Part shown: positions 47,601-59,892 of the stretch, in pieces
How positions within the stretch are numbered: position 1 is the first letter of the stretch
How the letters are laid out: the number at the start of each line of letters is the position of its first letter
NCBI GenBank assembly: GCA_964252035.1
Contig: OZ176205.1
Reading direction: 5' to 3' (one strand)
DNA length: 64,000 nucleotides
Source: Podarcis erhardii
Lineage: Eukaryota
Notes under the pieces: generated by a model
Told to the model about the DNA's origin: nothing
The model's database searches: none
The model's input: the letters and a program-made list of their open reading frames with translations, nothing else
Program-made: the position numbers and the translations under genes

Positions 47601-50600
47601 GGAACCCATGGAGAGGTCAGGCCTCATTGTACCACAGGTGTTATCCTCAGTGCCAACCATAGAAAGGCGTGGTTACACATTACCTCAGATCCTTGTTCTC
47701 CTCCATCTTCAGGACTTCAGGAAACAACGATTCATCACAGGAAATCTGCAAGGCCCATTGGCTCATATGTACCTTCTTCCATTCACCAGCAAGCACAGTT
47801 CTAGTCTGCTCTCTGTGTGAGAATTTTTCCACATATGAATCCAGTCAGGGTAATATCTCTCTTAGTGCTCATTGCATACAACGCAATGGCTGTTCTTGCC
47901 CCACCACTGTGTCATCATAGGCTCATGTGTATACTTAATTAAAACAGTGGTGCCAGCTGCTCAGCTAACCACCATCAGCTTCTATAAGTATCATTGATTG
48001 GTTCAAGCCTGCTTATTTTTATTATGTCTCTTCCCTTATAGCTAGCTCATGAAGGAGACAATGCCTCTGTTCACTTGCTTCCGAATGTTCTTGCAGCAGG
48101 AAAGCTCAGCTTCCAGAGATGAAACAGAAATGCTGAGTTCTTTCAGGTGCTGTAAGAGTCTTTGTTGTTTTGCTGCAAATGACTAAACACAGCTGTCCAT
48201 CTGCAAAACCAGTATACTCAACTGAGCTCACATGCATGCAATCAATATTTGAAAGGTGGTTTCCTATCTTCATATTATTCTGAAGCAGAAGCAATTTAGA
48301 ATTTACCTATTTCTGAGTGAATGCAACAGAGCTAAAAAAGAAAGAAAGCAGTAATATATCTGCCTTATTTTTCAAAGAAACTGGACAGCTGCAAAGCATT
48401 TGACACCTTGCCCCCCTTTCGTTAAATTTATTAATGCCCACATAATGTGTGCTGCATTAAGCCTCTAAATTAATGTGTAAAATCTCTTGCACCTTGAGAA
48501 TAAATTCATTTGCAGAGGCCTGGGATTCTGACATTATTGGGGTTTGATACATGGATATTTCTGCTTCCTAGAAACTCGGTTTTGAAGGACTCTCCATTTT
48601 GAATGGCCTCATAAATATATATTGAATTTAATCTTCTCAGATGTAAAACCCATTTTCCAGTTGTTTAGGTGGTTTGGGGGCTGGTTAGGAGAAACAGAAT
48701 CTGGAAGTATTTTTGTTGTATGGAGCTAATTAGTTCATAAATCAACATGTCTAAGTACGGTGGAGATTACCCTCAAGCCAGCACAGAGTGAATTGCCGCA
48801 CACATAACTGCACTTTTAAAGACCTTTTACCTATCTCTAATGTCCCCATCTTCTCAGACTATTAACTTTTCTGTAGCGATTTAGCTAAGTACTTAGTGGT
48901 AACTCAGCAGGTTTTTATGCCACTTCCTGTCTGGGGGACTTTTTGGGGGGGTTACCTTCCCTCTCCTTCTTTCTGTTTACCTCATTCAGGCTGTACATTA
49001 ATGCTCCACACACCTCAAAAGTAATTTTTGAAGTTCATAACCAGGCACACCGCATTCGGTGTGGAACTGAATGTACACAACACTTGATGAATTGTTGTGA
49101 TTACTTGTTATATACCTCTGAAGGGTGACCAGAATGAGGTAACAACTGGGATCTCATACTGTTCCCAGCTGTGAGGGAATGTTAGCACCTGTGGTGTTTC
49201 TCGCCCCTGCCTGCCTGACCAGCCGCACCTGGCAATATTCCTGCATGTTCACACATATTAAAAACACAGAAACCCTATTCTCCTCCTTTGCATTTGGCTA
49301 GCTGCTTCAAAGTAACTTTAGAGAGCCCTCAGAGGTTTCCTATCAGCCATTTCCCCCAAACATAGACACAAGGGCCTCCATGATTTTCCTCAGCCATATT
49401 CTCCCATGTAAACTAAGAGGGGGCAGTCTTGGGGTTCTTCAAGCCCATTGATAGTTCCTCCCTCACACAAGTACTCTAGCTACCAATTTCCTCTGAGGTG
49501 TATGAAGCATAGTTGTCAACTTTCAGATTTGAAAATAAGGGAGCAGCAACCTCGAAAATAAAGGATCAGCAGCCTCACCTGTCCCAGGGACAGTCTACGG
49601 GATATCTAACAATCTGGGGTAGCAGCGGGAAGCAGCGCTGGAATAAGGGAATTTCCCGCCAAAAAAGGGAATGTTTACAGCTATGGTGTGAAGGAAATAA
49701 CTTTGCAAAAGCCCTTGGTGGAATTGACTTCACACGGGAGAAGTTTAGAGGACATTGGCCTGGGTGTGACTTGGGCAGGAGGCAGCACAGTTTGTTTGTG
49801 GCCCTTCAGCCCTTGCTTAGTGTAGTCATTTTAAATTAGCTGCCCACAAAGTCTTGGCAGTTTTACAATGCTGTACAAAGTGAGTTTGCAAGTACAGGCT
49901 GGGCAGTAAAGTATGTGTGCCCAAGTGAGGAGCTCTGTGGGCAGATGTGTGCCCACTGGTGCCATGCTGGTGATCCCCTGCTTCAGAGGCAACTTGCAAG
50001 AGCTTTTGCACCCTGCAGAACTCCTGAAAGGGAAAGTGGCAACCCTACATGCCTACAAAAATACACCTCTCAGGTGCTGTTATACAGCATATTTCTTGAA
50101 GCATGTTTTCAGAAACAGGTCCTGTACATATGCATGGCTATGGAACTGGAAGGTAGAGAGCTTCTGCTAGTCATTTTAAGCAATACTCAGCTAGGTTAGT
50201 CAAGAATCTGACACTTTATAAGGAACCTTCTTGCAGCAGGAAGGTAGAGGCAGCCCAAGACGTTTTGATGGCCAAAGCAGAATAGTCCAACTTGCAACTT
50301 CCCCATGGTGGTAAAGGTATCATTACGATAACAAAATAATTGTCAATTTGCTGTTCTTTAGTGGTTACCGTTCAAATCACCAACCGCCTAAAAGCCACTT
50401 CATCCCACTTAATAGTAGGACCAGGCCAGGTAGCTGGTTCAATCCTCTCTTGTTGCCTCAGCCCTATTTCAAGTCACCAGTTCCAGGTGAGAACTCAGAA
50501 ACTGTAACTGCAGCCCATTTGAATGGGCTTCGAGTCAGAAGGGGGGGGGGGACAGTTCCACGTGGGGAAGTGACAAAAATAACCCCAGAAGGCTTGCCTT

Positions 50601-51312
50601 CCCAGTGCCATTTCTTCCTCCTGCATTTCTACTTTTGTCATGCATTATTGCAGAATAGAAATTATCTTCATTCAAACGTTCCCACAGCTACAGCACTGCT
50701 GGTGACAAATGTCTTAATTTCAAAAGCAAGGGCAGCATAGCGGATACCGTTTCAATCCAGAGGGAGAATGAAGTTCTCCAAATCAAGCTGTTTGCACCTG
50801 CAGTTTGCTTGTTTGTTTGCCTGTCACCGCCGCAGTTGCTGCCGTCCGCTGCATCACCACAACCGTCTTAATCTACATAAGCATTTTGTACTGAGCTATC
50901 TTAACTGACATGATTTTTTTTCTGATAAAAAGCACTGCCCTCCACCCCACCCACCCTCAGAACAATTATTTATGACACTATTGTGAGATAACTAGGCAGC
51001 CAACAGGGAAATGCACTTGCTTTCTAACAAATACCAAATGTATTGTTAACTGTGCTGTTTCTCTCCATTCTTGGTTTGAAGTGAGCGTGAGAGCAGGCCG
51101 GTAGACTGAACACTGGGTTGGGAAATAAGAGGGCTGGTTTCTAAGTCCATTGGTAGCAGATTCAATGAAATCTTTCTATTTCTTAGCCTTCAGCTGCAAT
51201 CCTACATAAGCCTACTTCTGGCACAATTACTTCTTACTAAACATGCCTAAGATTGGCCTGCATATTCCACACAGCAACAAATTGCTTTAGGAGTCAGCTA
51301 GGCACAGATGAA

Positions 51313-51696
51313 GGGACGCGGGTGATGCTGTGGTATAAACCACTGAGCCTCTTGGGCCTGCCGATCAGAAGGTCAGCAGTTCGAATCCCGGCTACGGGGT
51401 GAGCTCCCGTTGCTCGGTCCCAGCTCCTGCAAACCTAGCAGTTCGAAAGCATGTCAAAAAAGTGCAAGTAGATAAATAGGTACCACTCTGGCAGGAAGAT
51501 AAACGGTGTTTCCATGCCCTGCTCTGGTTTTGGTGTTTTGCTGCGCCAGAAGTGGCTTAGTCATGCTGGCCACGTGACCCGAAAAAACTGTCTGCGGACA
51601 AACGCCGACTCCCTCGGCCTATAAAGTGAGATGAGCACCGCAACCCCAGAGTCGTCCGTGACTGGATCTAACTGTCAGGGGTCCTTTAACTTTTTC
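51313..51696 (+). mobile_element. Sauria SINE (Squam1), near full-length
   Basis: GGGACGCGGGTG..GCTGTGG head, B box GTTCGAATCC, CAGGGGTCCTTT tail. TSD ggcacagatgaa (51301-51312) / ggcacaggtgaa (51697-51708). Confidence 0.95.
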
Positions 51697-54600
51697 GGCA
51701 CAGGTGAAGCCCCAGTTTAAGAGTTACCTGAGCCACTATTTGAGGTAAGCCAGTATTATCTCAGTCTGTCATATGCACGTAGTAGTAACACAAACCTTCC
51801 TTGAAGGACCATTGTGATAATGAATGGAATAAATTATTAACAATGGGTTGCTCTAGAGAAACTGGTGAAAGAGGATAAACAGGTGGTTTTCCTGTTCCAT
51901 CCTCTCCCCCAAAAGCCTCTCCCATAGGTCAGGAGTCCCAGTGAATGTGGTGTCATGTGGCATAGGGTGTGTGTGATGGGGAACAGAAGGATAACTGAAA
52001 GTCAAGATGATACACCCTCCACGAGCAACATAAATGAAGGAGGTGCTTAATTTTTAAAGGCTCGGGATTGCTAGAGTATCATTTCCTCTGATTTAGAATC
52101 CCTGACCCAGCTCTATGTGTCTAGATGATGATTGCAATTCCTCAAGGAATACCCCCCTTTTAACTTTGCAGATTATACCAACAAAACATGTAAGCCACCA
52201 AGGAGCTTATTGGGACCACAGTGTAATTACAGGTACCTAGTTGCCTACTTTAGATTATTAAATGTGTTAGAAAACAGGTTGCTTTGGGAGCCCAATGACC
52301 GCTCCTTACTGCCTTATGCAGTAACTGCAGCATGCAGAGTGTTTCTAAACAAAATGTCAACCACTTCAATTATAGTTCTCTGAAGCGACTTACCCCTATC
52401 GGTTCTCTCTTTTGAGCGAACAGTGTTGTACTTTGCTTCCTCTCAAGTGATTTTTCTCAATTTTGGTGTCCTATCTTTTTTGTGTAAACCACTTTCACAG
52501 TCAAGCGCTATATAATTTTTTAAAAAAGAAATATTTAAAATGCTCATTTTTGAAACTAAAAGGAAGGACTGAGACTAAAAGATGGCTGAGAGACACACAG
52601 TTCTGCTTTCTGTAATAATATGAACAAACTCTCTGCATATGTGACTCTGTCAATAAGAAGTTCTCTCACTGTTACGAAAGCAGCTCTAGGAATGCTTGAT
52701 TTCCCAACAATTCCTTCCTCCTGTACCTTTAACAGTAGCCTGGGGCTGGAAGTAGACAATCATAAAAAGAGAAGTTCATACAAAAGCCCTCATGTCTTTT
52801 CCATGACCCTCCTGTGCCAATGAATCTACTTACCAGGAAACCAGAGGTTTATTGTTAAGGAGGAAGGGGGCTGTTTGCACAGAGTGCTCCCCCTCAAAAA
52901 TAGGCCAATCAGGAGCAAAGGAGCCTTATGCATTTGCAGGGTACTGGCAGCACAACCAGCAGCTCCAATGGTGTGGGAGGCATGGGCAGAAGGCATATTC
53001 CTGTCACCCACTTCACACATCCATTCAATGTACGAAATACCTCCCCAAGGTTGCCACTAAAAATGACAAAGCCCTGCTGAGTCCCCCACTCCTTCTGTCT
53101 CCATAATCTAGTTACGGGAATGATTGATATGACCGTGTGATATGGTGCTGGTTTCTTTGCTTTCATGCCAGCCTGGAGGATGAGAGAAGTGTGCATGGCA
53201 TGATTTCACACATTTCCATAGCTGGGGTAACAAAGCACAGGGTTGCCATTTTCAGCATCAACCTTGCATGTGGTGTCATGACTAGGTCTGTGCACTTTCT
53301 CTGTGAGGAAGAGCTTTGCCAGACCGGCATGTATACATTTAGCAGCTTTTTTAAATTAAAGGAGCAAGGGAAAATAGAAATGGAGAAACAGAAAGAGAGA
53401 GAGCCCCCCGCCCGCACCTCTCTGTCTGTAAAGAAAGGGGAAAGGCACTGGGCAAAAAAGTGGATATAATTGCAATGTCATTGACCCATAAATCATAATA
53501 AAGTGAGGCCTTTGACTGAACACGACTTTCCATTCACTACAGAATGAAAGATAAACAGAAAAGGGGGGGGGGAGCAAGAAAACAATGACATTTCAAGCTC
53601 TCTCTCAAACACATTACCAAACTTTTTCCCCCCCTTTCAGGCCTGATTCGTCACATTTCAGCCATTTAAATGAACTCAATGTGAGTCAAATGTATAGCTG
53701 AAAGGATAAAACATTTGAGTATGTAATCTGTTTAACTGAGCCGCAGTACTTAAGATTGTATTGCTGTGGAAGAGAAAGAAGAGACTTTAATTTTCTCTAA
53801 TTTGTCATGCTTTTCAGTAGCATTTGAATGGTTGCCGCAAGAAGGCCCTCACTGTGGCTTTTTTTTTTTTACTGTGCTCAGTTAGCTTTATCTTGTTCAA
53901 GTTGGGTGGAGGGTAGCCAGGTGTCCCAGTTTATGCAGTCAGTCCTCTATGTGAAGGGCTGTCTGAGGGCAGTCCTCTGTATGAAGGTGCCCTCTGTTTG
54001 AAGGGCTGCCTGTCCAGTCCAGTCCAGTCCAAGCCCTGTTTAGAGATAAAGAACTGTAAGAAGGGAGAGCACAGTGTTTCAAGAGGCCTATCAACAGAGA
54101 GCACCCAGACAGCAGACTGAAAAGGCACACAGGCCAGCTGGTCCCAGTCTTCCCCACTGTGGTGATGTGCACCATATTTCTATTTAAATCATAGCAATTG
54201 TTTCTAAATTTGCATCAATACATATAAAATTAGTGTGCAATTTTATGCAAATCCAAGCCCTCTTTTATGTGGCGCACAAGCAGCCACTACACCAGCGTTG
54301 ATCGTTATTTATTTAATAAACTGCACATGCCATTTGTTTGTATAAATAAAACCCTCAGCCTCATCAACTCAGCTCTACCTCACTGTATGTTCAAGGTCAC
54401 ATCCACAGCATACACTCAATGCACTTGGCTTCCGCTAAAGGATCCTGGAAACTGTAGTTTATGCCTCACAGATCTGCAAAACCCTTAATAAAATACAGCT
54501 CCAAACTTCTTTGGGTGAAGCCGCTTGCTTGCTTTAAAGGTATGATGTTGATGTCATGGGAACAGAATATACAGAGAGGATAATGCATTGGTTTGTTTTT

Positions 54601-57600
54601 ACACCCAACCATGGGTGAGCAAAAACCTGAAATGACAGGAATGAAGTGTCAAGACACAGTACTTTTTTACATTAAAAAACCCCCACTCTGTCCCTCTGAC
54701 TAAACTTTTCATAAGGGTGGCCCTCCCCTGCTAAATTTAGGGCTGCCAGATTACAACCTAAGGGTGGTAATGTGAGGCAGTGGATGTTCTGTTGCTTCAC
54801 TTGTAAGTACGCCTTTATTCGCGAGCAGACTATTCCACATGAAAAGGCCTAAGTCCAGGTAAAGGAAATTGTTTTTGAGCTCTTTAGCAGGTACAATATG
54901 TCTCACTCCCTTTCTCCATTCAGTTTGCTTTTAAATGCACTGATGCAAGAAGCCGCCCCAGGTTGCTGGAGCTGCTCACACTAGTTCCCTTTTTTTCATG
55001 GCTCTTCCATACCCTCCAACATTCCTAAGATGTTCCAAGAACATTCCAAGTGCCAGTTCATCCTCCTTCTCCCTGAGCTTGGCAGCAGCAGGGAGGAAAA
55101 GGGACATTCAGGGATGGCTTTCGTAATTTCAAGACTGTCCCTGAAAAATCAGGACACATGGAGGGCATGCTCTTTTGCCACCCCCTCCAACAGAAGTCAG
55201 GCAAATGTGGAGTTTTGCTTACCATTAAAGCGGATAGATAAAAGGAGTTGAGTTTCTGTTTGTTGACATGACAGTTAAAGGGTACAGGAGCCTTGCCATC
55301 TTTGTTTGTGCTCATTTTTCCATTTTAGCTCACATGGACTGCAAGGGCATAAAAGTCATGCATCTGCAAAGTAGCAGAGAAGCACTTAGCAGACATTCAA
55401 CAAGCACATCTCTTGCATTTCAGGCCTTCTCATGATCTCAAGTTTAGCTACACTGGATTGCCTCTAGTCCTATATAGTACTAGGCTCTCACCCCAATGCC
55501 ATTTTTACCTGGAAATGATTCCCCATTTATCTCAATAGTACTGCCCCTAGCACCACTGACATGTGAGCTTACAACTGTAGCTATAAGTGATGCCAACCAT
55601 GTAAGCTCAGGTATCTGACTGAGTTCAGCTGGACTACTCCTAATAAGCATGTTTTAGGATTATAACCATAAGCGACAGTCCTATTCCTTTTATTGTTGCA
55701 GCAAAGGCAATACATGAGAAATTGTAGTTTTTCCAAGCACAGTGCTGCAATGATTGCAGGAGATGTACTAGGTGGATCCCTGTCCCCCTCACTAATGCCA
55801 AACTGGTAAAGGTCCAATTGTCTTTTCACCACTGGACAGGATAACCCAACATTCAGATAGCTAAAAGTGTCCTATTTTATTAAACCACTGAGTTGTTTAA
55901 CTGAGGCATGATTCTGAATCATAGAATTTTAAAATAATAGATTTTTTAAAACAAACAAACAAAAAAGCTGGCAAATTAATTACTACTCCCTTTCTTTTGA
56001 GCAGAGTGATTCTTCAACCATTTGCTCTTGCTCAGGTAAGGCTGACATCTTGTGGTCACCAGGAACATTTCAGTCTATTAACCAAACATCTGTCTGCCCC
56101 CTCAGATACAAGCAAGCATGCTAATGACTGCATTATCATTTAAACAAAACACAAAACAGTCTGGAGCAATGTAAGATGCAATTATTTCACCTAATTAGAT
56201 CTGGTGCTGGTTTCAGTCCTGGATGCTGATGAGACAAGCTGAAGCATAATTGGAAAGATTAAAATGCAGCTATCGGTAATCTGGCTGTTTGGTTAACTAG
56301 ATTATTTCTTGCAAGGTTTGGAGAATCCTAAAGTGAAAACTATTTTGGGAAGGAGGGGAGGGGTCAAAACAAAAGAAGCATATAGTATGTTTGCAGGGTG
56401 AGTAAATGCAAAAAGGTTGTTATTTTTTAGGCAGGAATTTTGGCAGGTACAGTTTGACTTTGACATGCTGCAAGGGATGGAAAAGTTGAACCAGCTGAGA
56501 TTCATTATTCTCCAGATCAATCAAAGATATATCTATGCCAGATATTTAAACTAACTTATTATTATTTATTTCAAAATATCTACCCACACACCTACAGCAT
56601 TTTCCCTAGTGACATGCAGTTAAAAACATTCTGTACAGCTGATGGAATCCAGTTGCTTTCCTTGCAGGTCCCCCGGCAGCTTCTGATTCTGCAGATGCCT
56701 CTGCCAACAAAAAAGGAGGGGAGGCAATTTTTGCCCCAATGACAAATTTTAAAAAATCATATTCAGGTAGTTGGGGGATTCTCTGGAGCAGGGTGGAAGA
56801 TGGTGTGAAGTTGAGTGATGAACAAACCAGCAAAAATTGCTTCCCTGCCTCATCCACTAGTGGAGGCACTCACTTGATTAGAAGCCCTTCCAGCGGCGCA
56901 ATGGGAATTGATTGACTTCTACCCAATACAATCAATAAGATGTGCTGCAGCTTGGGTGTTAGGAGTCCCGGGATGGTTCCTAGGTCTTGTGTGATGCTAC
57001 TGGAACAGTATATGTAACAGTGGAATGCACATGACCCCTTCATGTTCCTGATTATTTGAGAAAGTGATGTGGTTGAATTGGGCTTTTTTTAACTTCTTAA
57101 GAAGACATCTGAGTTAGGCTGAGCCCAATTACTAATTACAAATGATGGTCTGCCCACTACCAGACTGCTTGGTAGAGCCTGTGTGTTTGAATGTTTCCGT
57201 GTTGCATATATGGTATGCACAGGTGTGGGGGTCAGCTTATGGGTGGCACAAATCCACACAGCAATTATTCCCCATAAGTTACAGCGGGGACGGCAATGTT
57301 GCAATGGGGATGCTACTTTTGTATTTCTTGTTTCACAATAAATGTAATAATGAGTGCTATAGTTCAAAGAAGACATACTGTAATGAGAAAGGGAAAAGGA
57401 AAGGGAATTAGGGTTGGATGGAAGAACATTTTGCCAGTTACTAGTTTGATCTGGAAAACATTTAAGAGAATTAAGAGTGTAAAATGTTTAAGGCACAAGC
57501 AGTGGGAACTGGAAGAGGGAAAGTTAAAAGCATCTGTGTACATTACAGGGCTATTCAGTCCAGTCCACAGAACACCCAAAATGCCTATAAAATGCTTGGC

Positions 57601-59328
57601 AATCCAGTATTTCCTTGGCTCGTTTTAGTGGCCATTATAAACCCACACATCAAAACAATTCTTGGTTAATATGGTAGGCAAAATTTGAGTGCAGGGGAAG
57701 GACGATTGCAGACAAATTATATCAACTTTGGGCTACAATTAGTACTTCATTGCTCTTTAAACTGCCCAAACGTTAGCACATGTGAATTCTGACAGTTTGA
57801 CAAAGATGTATGTGTAGCCTTGCCAATGCCATGCAGGCAAATGTCACTTATGTCGTTATTAGAAATCGCCCTTAAGCTAACATCGTATGTCTTTTTGACA
57901 AGATGAATGGTTGGCTTCTGACAATGAATAATTTTCATTTATACTGGAAGAAAATGTTATAAGGCTTCTTCAATTAAAGAAATGCATATATGGGATTGCA
58001 GATTATTAATTAAGAAAGTTATGCACGTGTTCAGATACGGAGGTTATCTCTGTGTGGTCTTCCAGAAGATGATGACAAAAGGAGTATGCTTATAACCATA
58101 TTATATTTACTCAAATTTAATGCTCACCTTTTTTTGGCCAAATTACATTGCGAAAATTAAGGTGTGTATTAGATTCGATGGCACATTTACATTTGCCAGC
58201 AAGTGCTTTTTTTGTTTTGTTTTTTTGTTTCAAGCTTCTGAAAACTGAGGAGCGTATTAGATTCAATGGTGCATTAGACTTGAGTAAATATGAGTATACT
58301 GTATTGCTGGATAAATGCTTATTATCCTCTGACTCAAGTATTTGTTGTGTTTATAAGTACTATGTGAAGCACAAGCTTAAGAGTTAACACCTGTCCTGCA
58401 ATTATTCTTTATCATTTAAGTGACCTAAGTCTGTTCATTTAGCACACTTGTGATAAATAAGGAGCTTAGGACAGTATCCATAGGCCATCTTTATCCTTAT
58501 AAAGAAAATATGCTCACAGAAAGCTATATCCAACGCTCAATAACCATGGCATCAAGGTAGTGACTTGCATCTTTGAATGCGCCACCGATGGAACAGTGAT
58601 ATAATCTCACATCACCTCAAATCCAGCACTCCAATACTCTGTATCCAACATCACACTGGCTCTCATTGTCCTTTATTGGTTATATCTCATAATGGGCAGA
58701 GATAGTGCATGTGTATATATAACACATACAGCCATAGACATGCATACATGTACAAAGCAAGAGACAATAGGATTATAATAAACTCCTAAATGCCTTCCAG
58801 TCATTTCAATTTGTCATTGGGCAAGGACTCAGAGGATCCAGTCTATGGGTTGGAACACTGGCACAAGTGCAAACACTCAGCTCTGAACAATTCCACAAGC
58901 GCTGCAATTCCCAGTGTGTTTTTTTCTTCTCAGTTATGGGTCATGCATTTATCTCAAAATATTCCTAGCATACAAAGCATGCATGAATGGATGGACAGAC
59001 AAGTATAATTTGATATATGTTCATTCTCAAGAAAAGGTACAAAATGTGTCCTCCGTTATGCACTCTCATCCTACCAGAACTCAGAGCCAGTCAATCACAT
59101 CTGACTGGTAGCAGATTCAAGATAGTTAAACACATTGTTTAACTTACATAGCTTATACAGAGTCATGGAGGACAGGTCTAATGGTTATTGGTCATGATAA
59201 GGTGGAACTTCCATGTTCAAAAGCAGTATTACTTTGAATACCAAGTGCTGGTGACAAACCATGGGCAACTACTAGTGGTGGTATCTGGCCCCCTATGGTT
59301 TGAAAAAGGATGCCGCTACCATAGATAG

Positions 59329-59387
59329 CGTGCTCTGGCGTGCTCTGGTCCATGGGGTCACGAAGAGTCGGACACGACTAAACAACA
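59329..59387 (+). mobile_element. 59-bp 3' end of a BovB (RTE) LINE
   Basis: GCGTGCTCTGGTCCATGGGGTCACGAAGAGTCGGACACGACTAAACAACA with a perfect 11-bp TSD accatagatag (59318-59328, 59388-59398). Confidence 0.85.
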
Positions 59388-59423
59388 ACCATAGATAGAT
59401 CTTGGTCTAATCCTGCAGGGTTG

Positions 59424-59892
59424 GGTTTATTATTATTATTAAAGATTTTATTGATTTACAAAAGTGTGTGCAGTGTCTCTCGGTCCCCCCCCCCCATGTA
59501 ACATTTTTAGATTATGGGATTATATGGCGTATTTGGTTGGCAATGTAATATGCTTCTGTGTTGGGGATTCCCCATCTTCCTTCTGAGGCGGGGAGGTGCA
59601 GGAATTTGGGGCTTATTCTTGGTTTTTTGTGTGAGAAAGGAGTTTAGTTTTCTCTGCCATCTGCAGAGTTGGGTTTGGGGAATCCAGATTGGGAGAGTTT
59701 GGAATAGGTAGGTTAGTTTTGGGAAGGTGATCAATTTGATCATGACTATTTTGTCTGAGAGAGTGAAATTCATGTTGTTCCATCTCTGTAGGTTTTTGTT
59801 TATTTGTCACCACAGGGGCTTGTAGTTGTGGAGGTATAATTTATTGAGGTTTCTGGTTATTTGCACCCCTAGGTATCTGAACTTGGTGTGGC
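59424..59892 (-). mobile_element. internally deleted L1-clade insertion
   Basis: Perfect 15-bp TSD aatcctgcagggttg (59409-59423, 59893-59907). Minus-strand peptides KFRYLGVQIT, FPKLTYLFQTLPIWIP and KKPRIS...GIPNTEAYYIANQ, followed directly by AATAAA and a (TAA)n tail. Confidence 0.88.
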
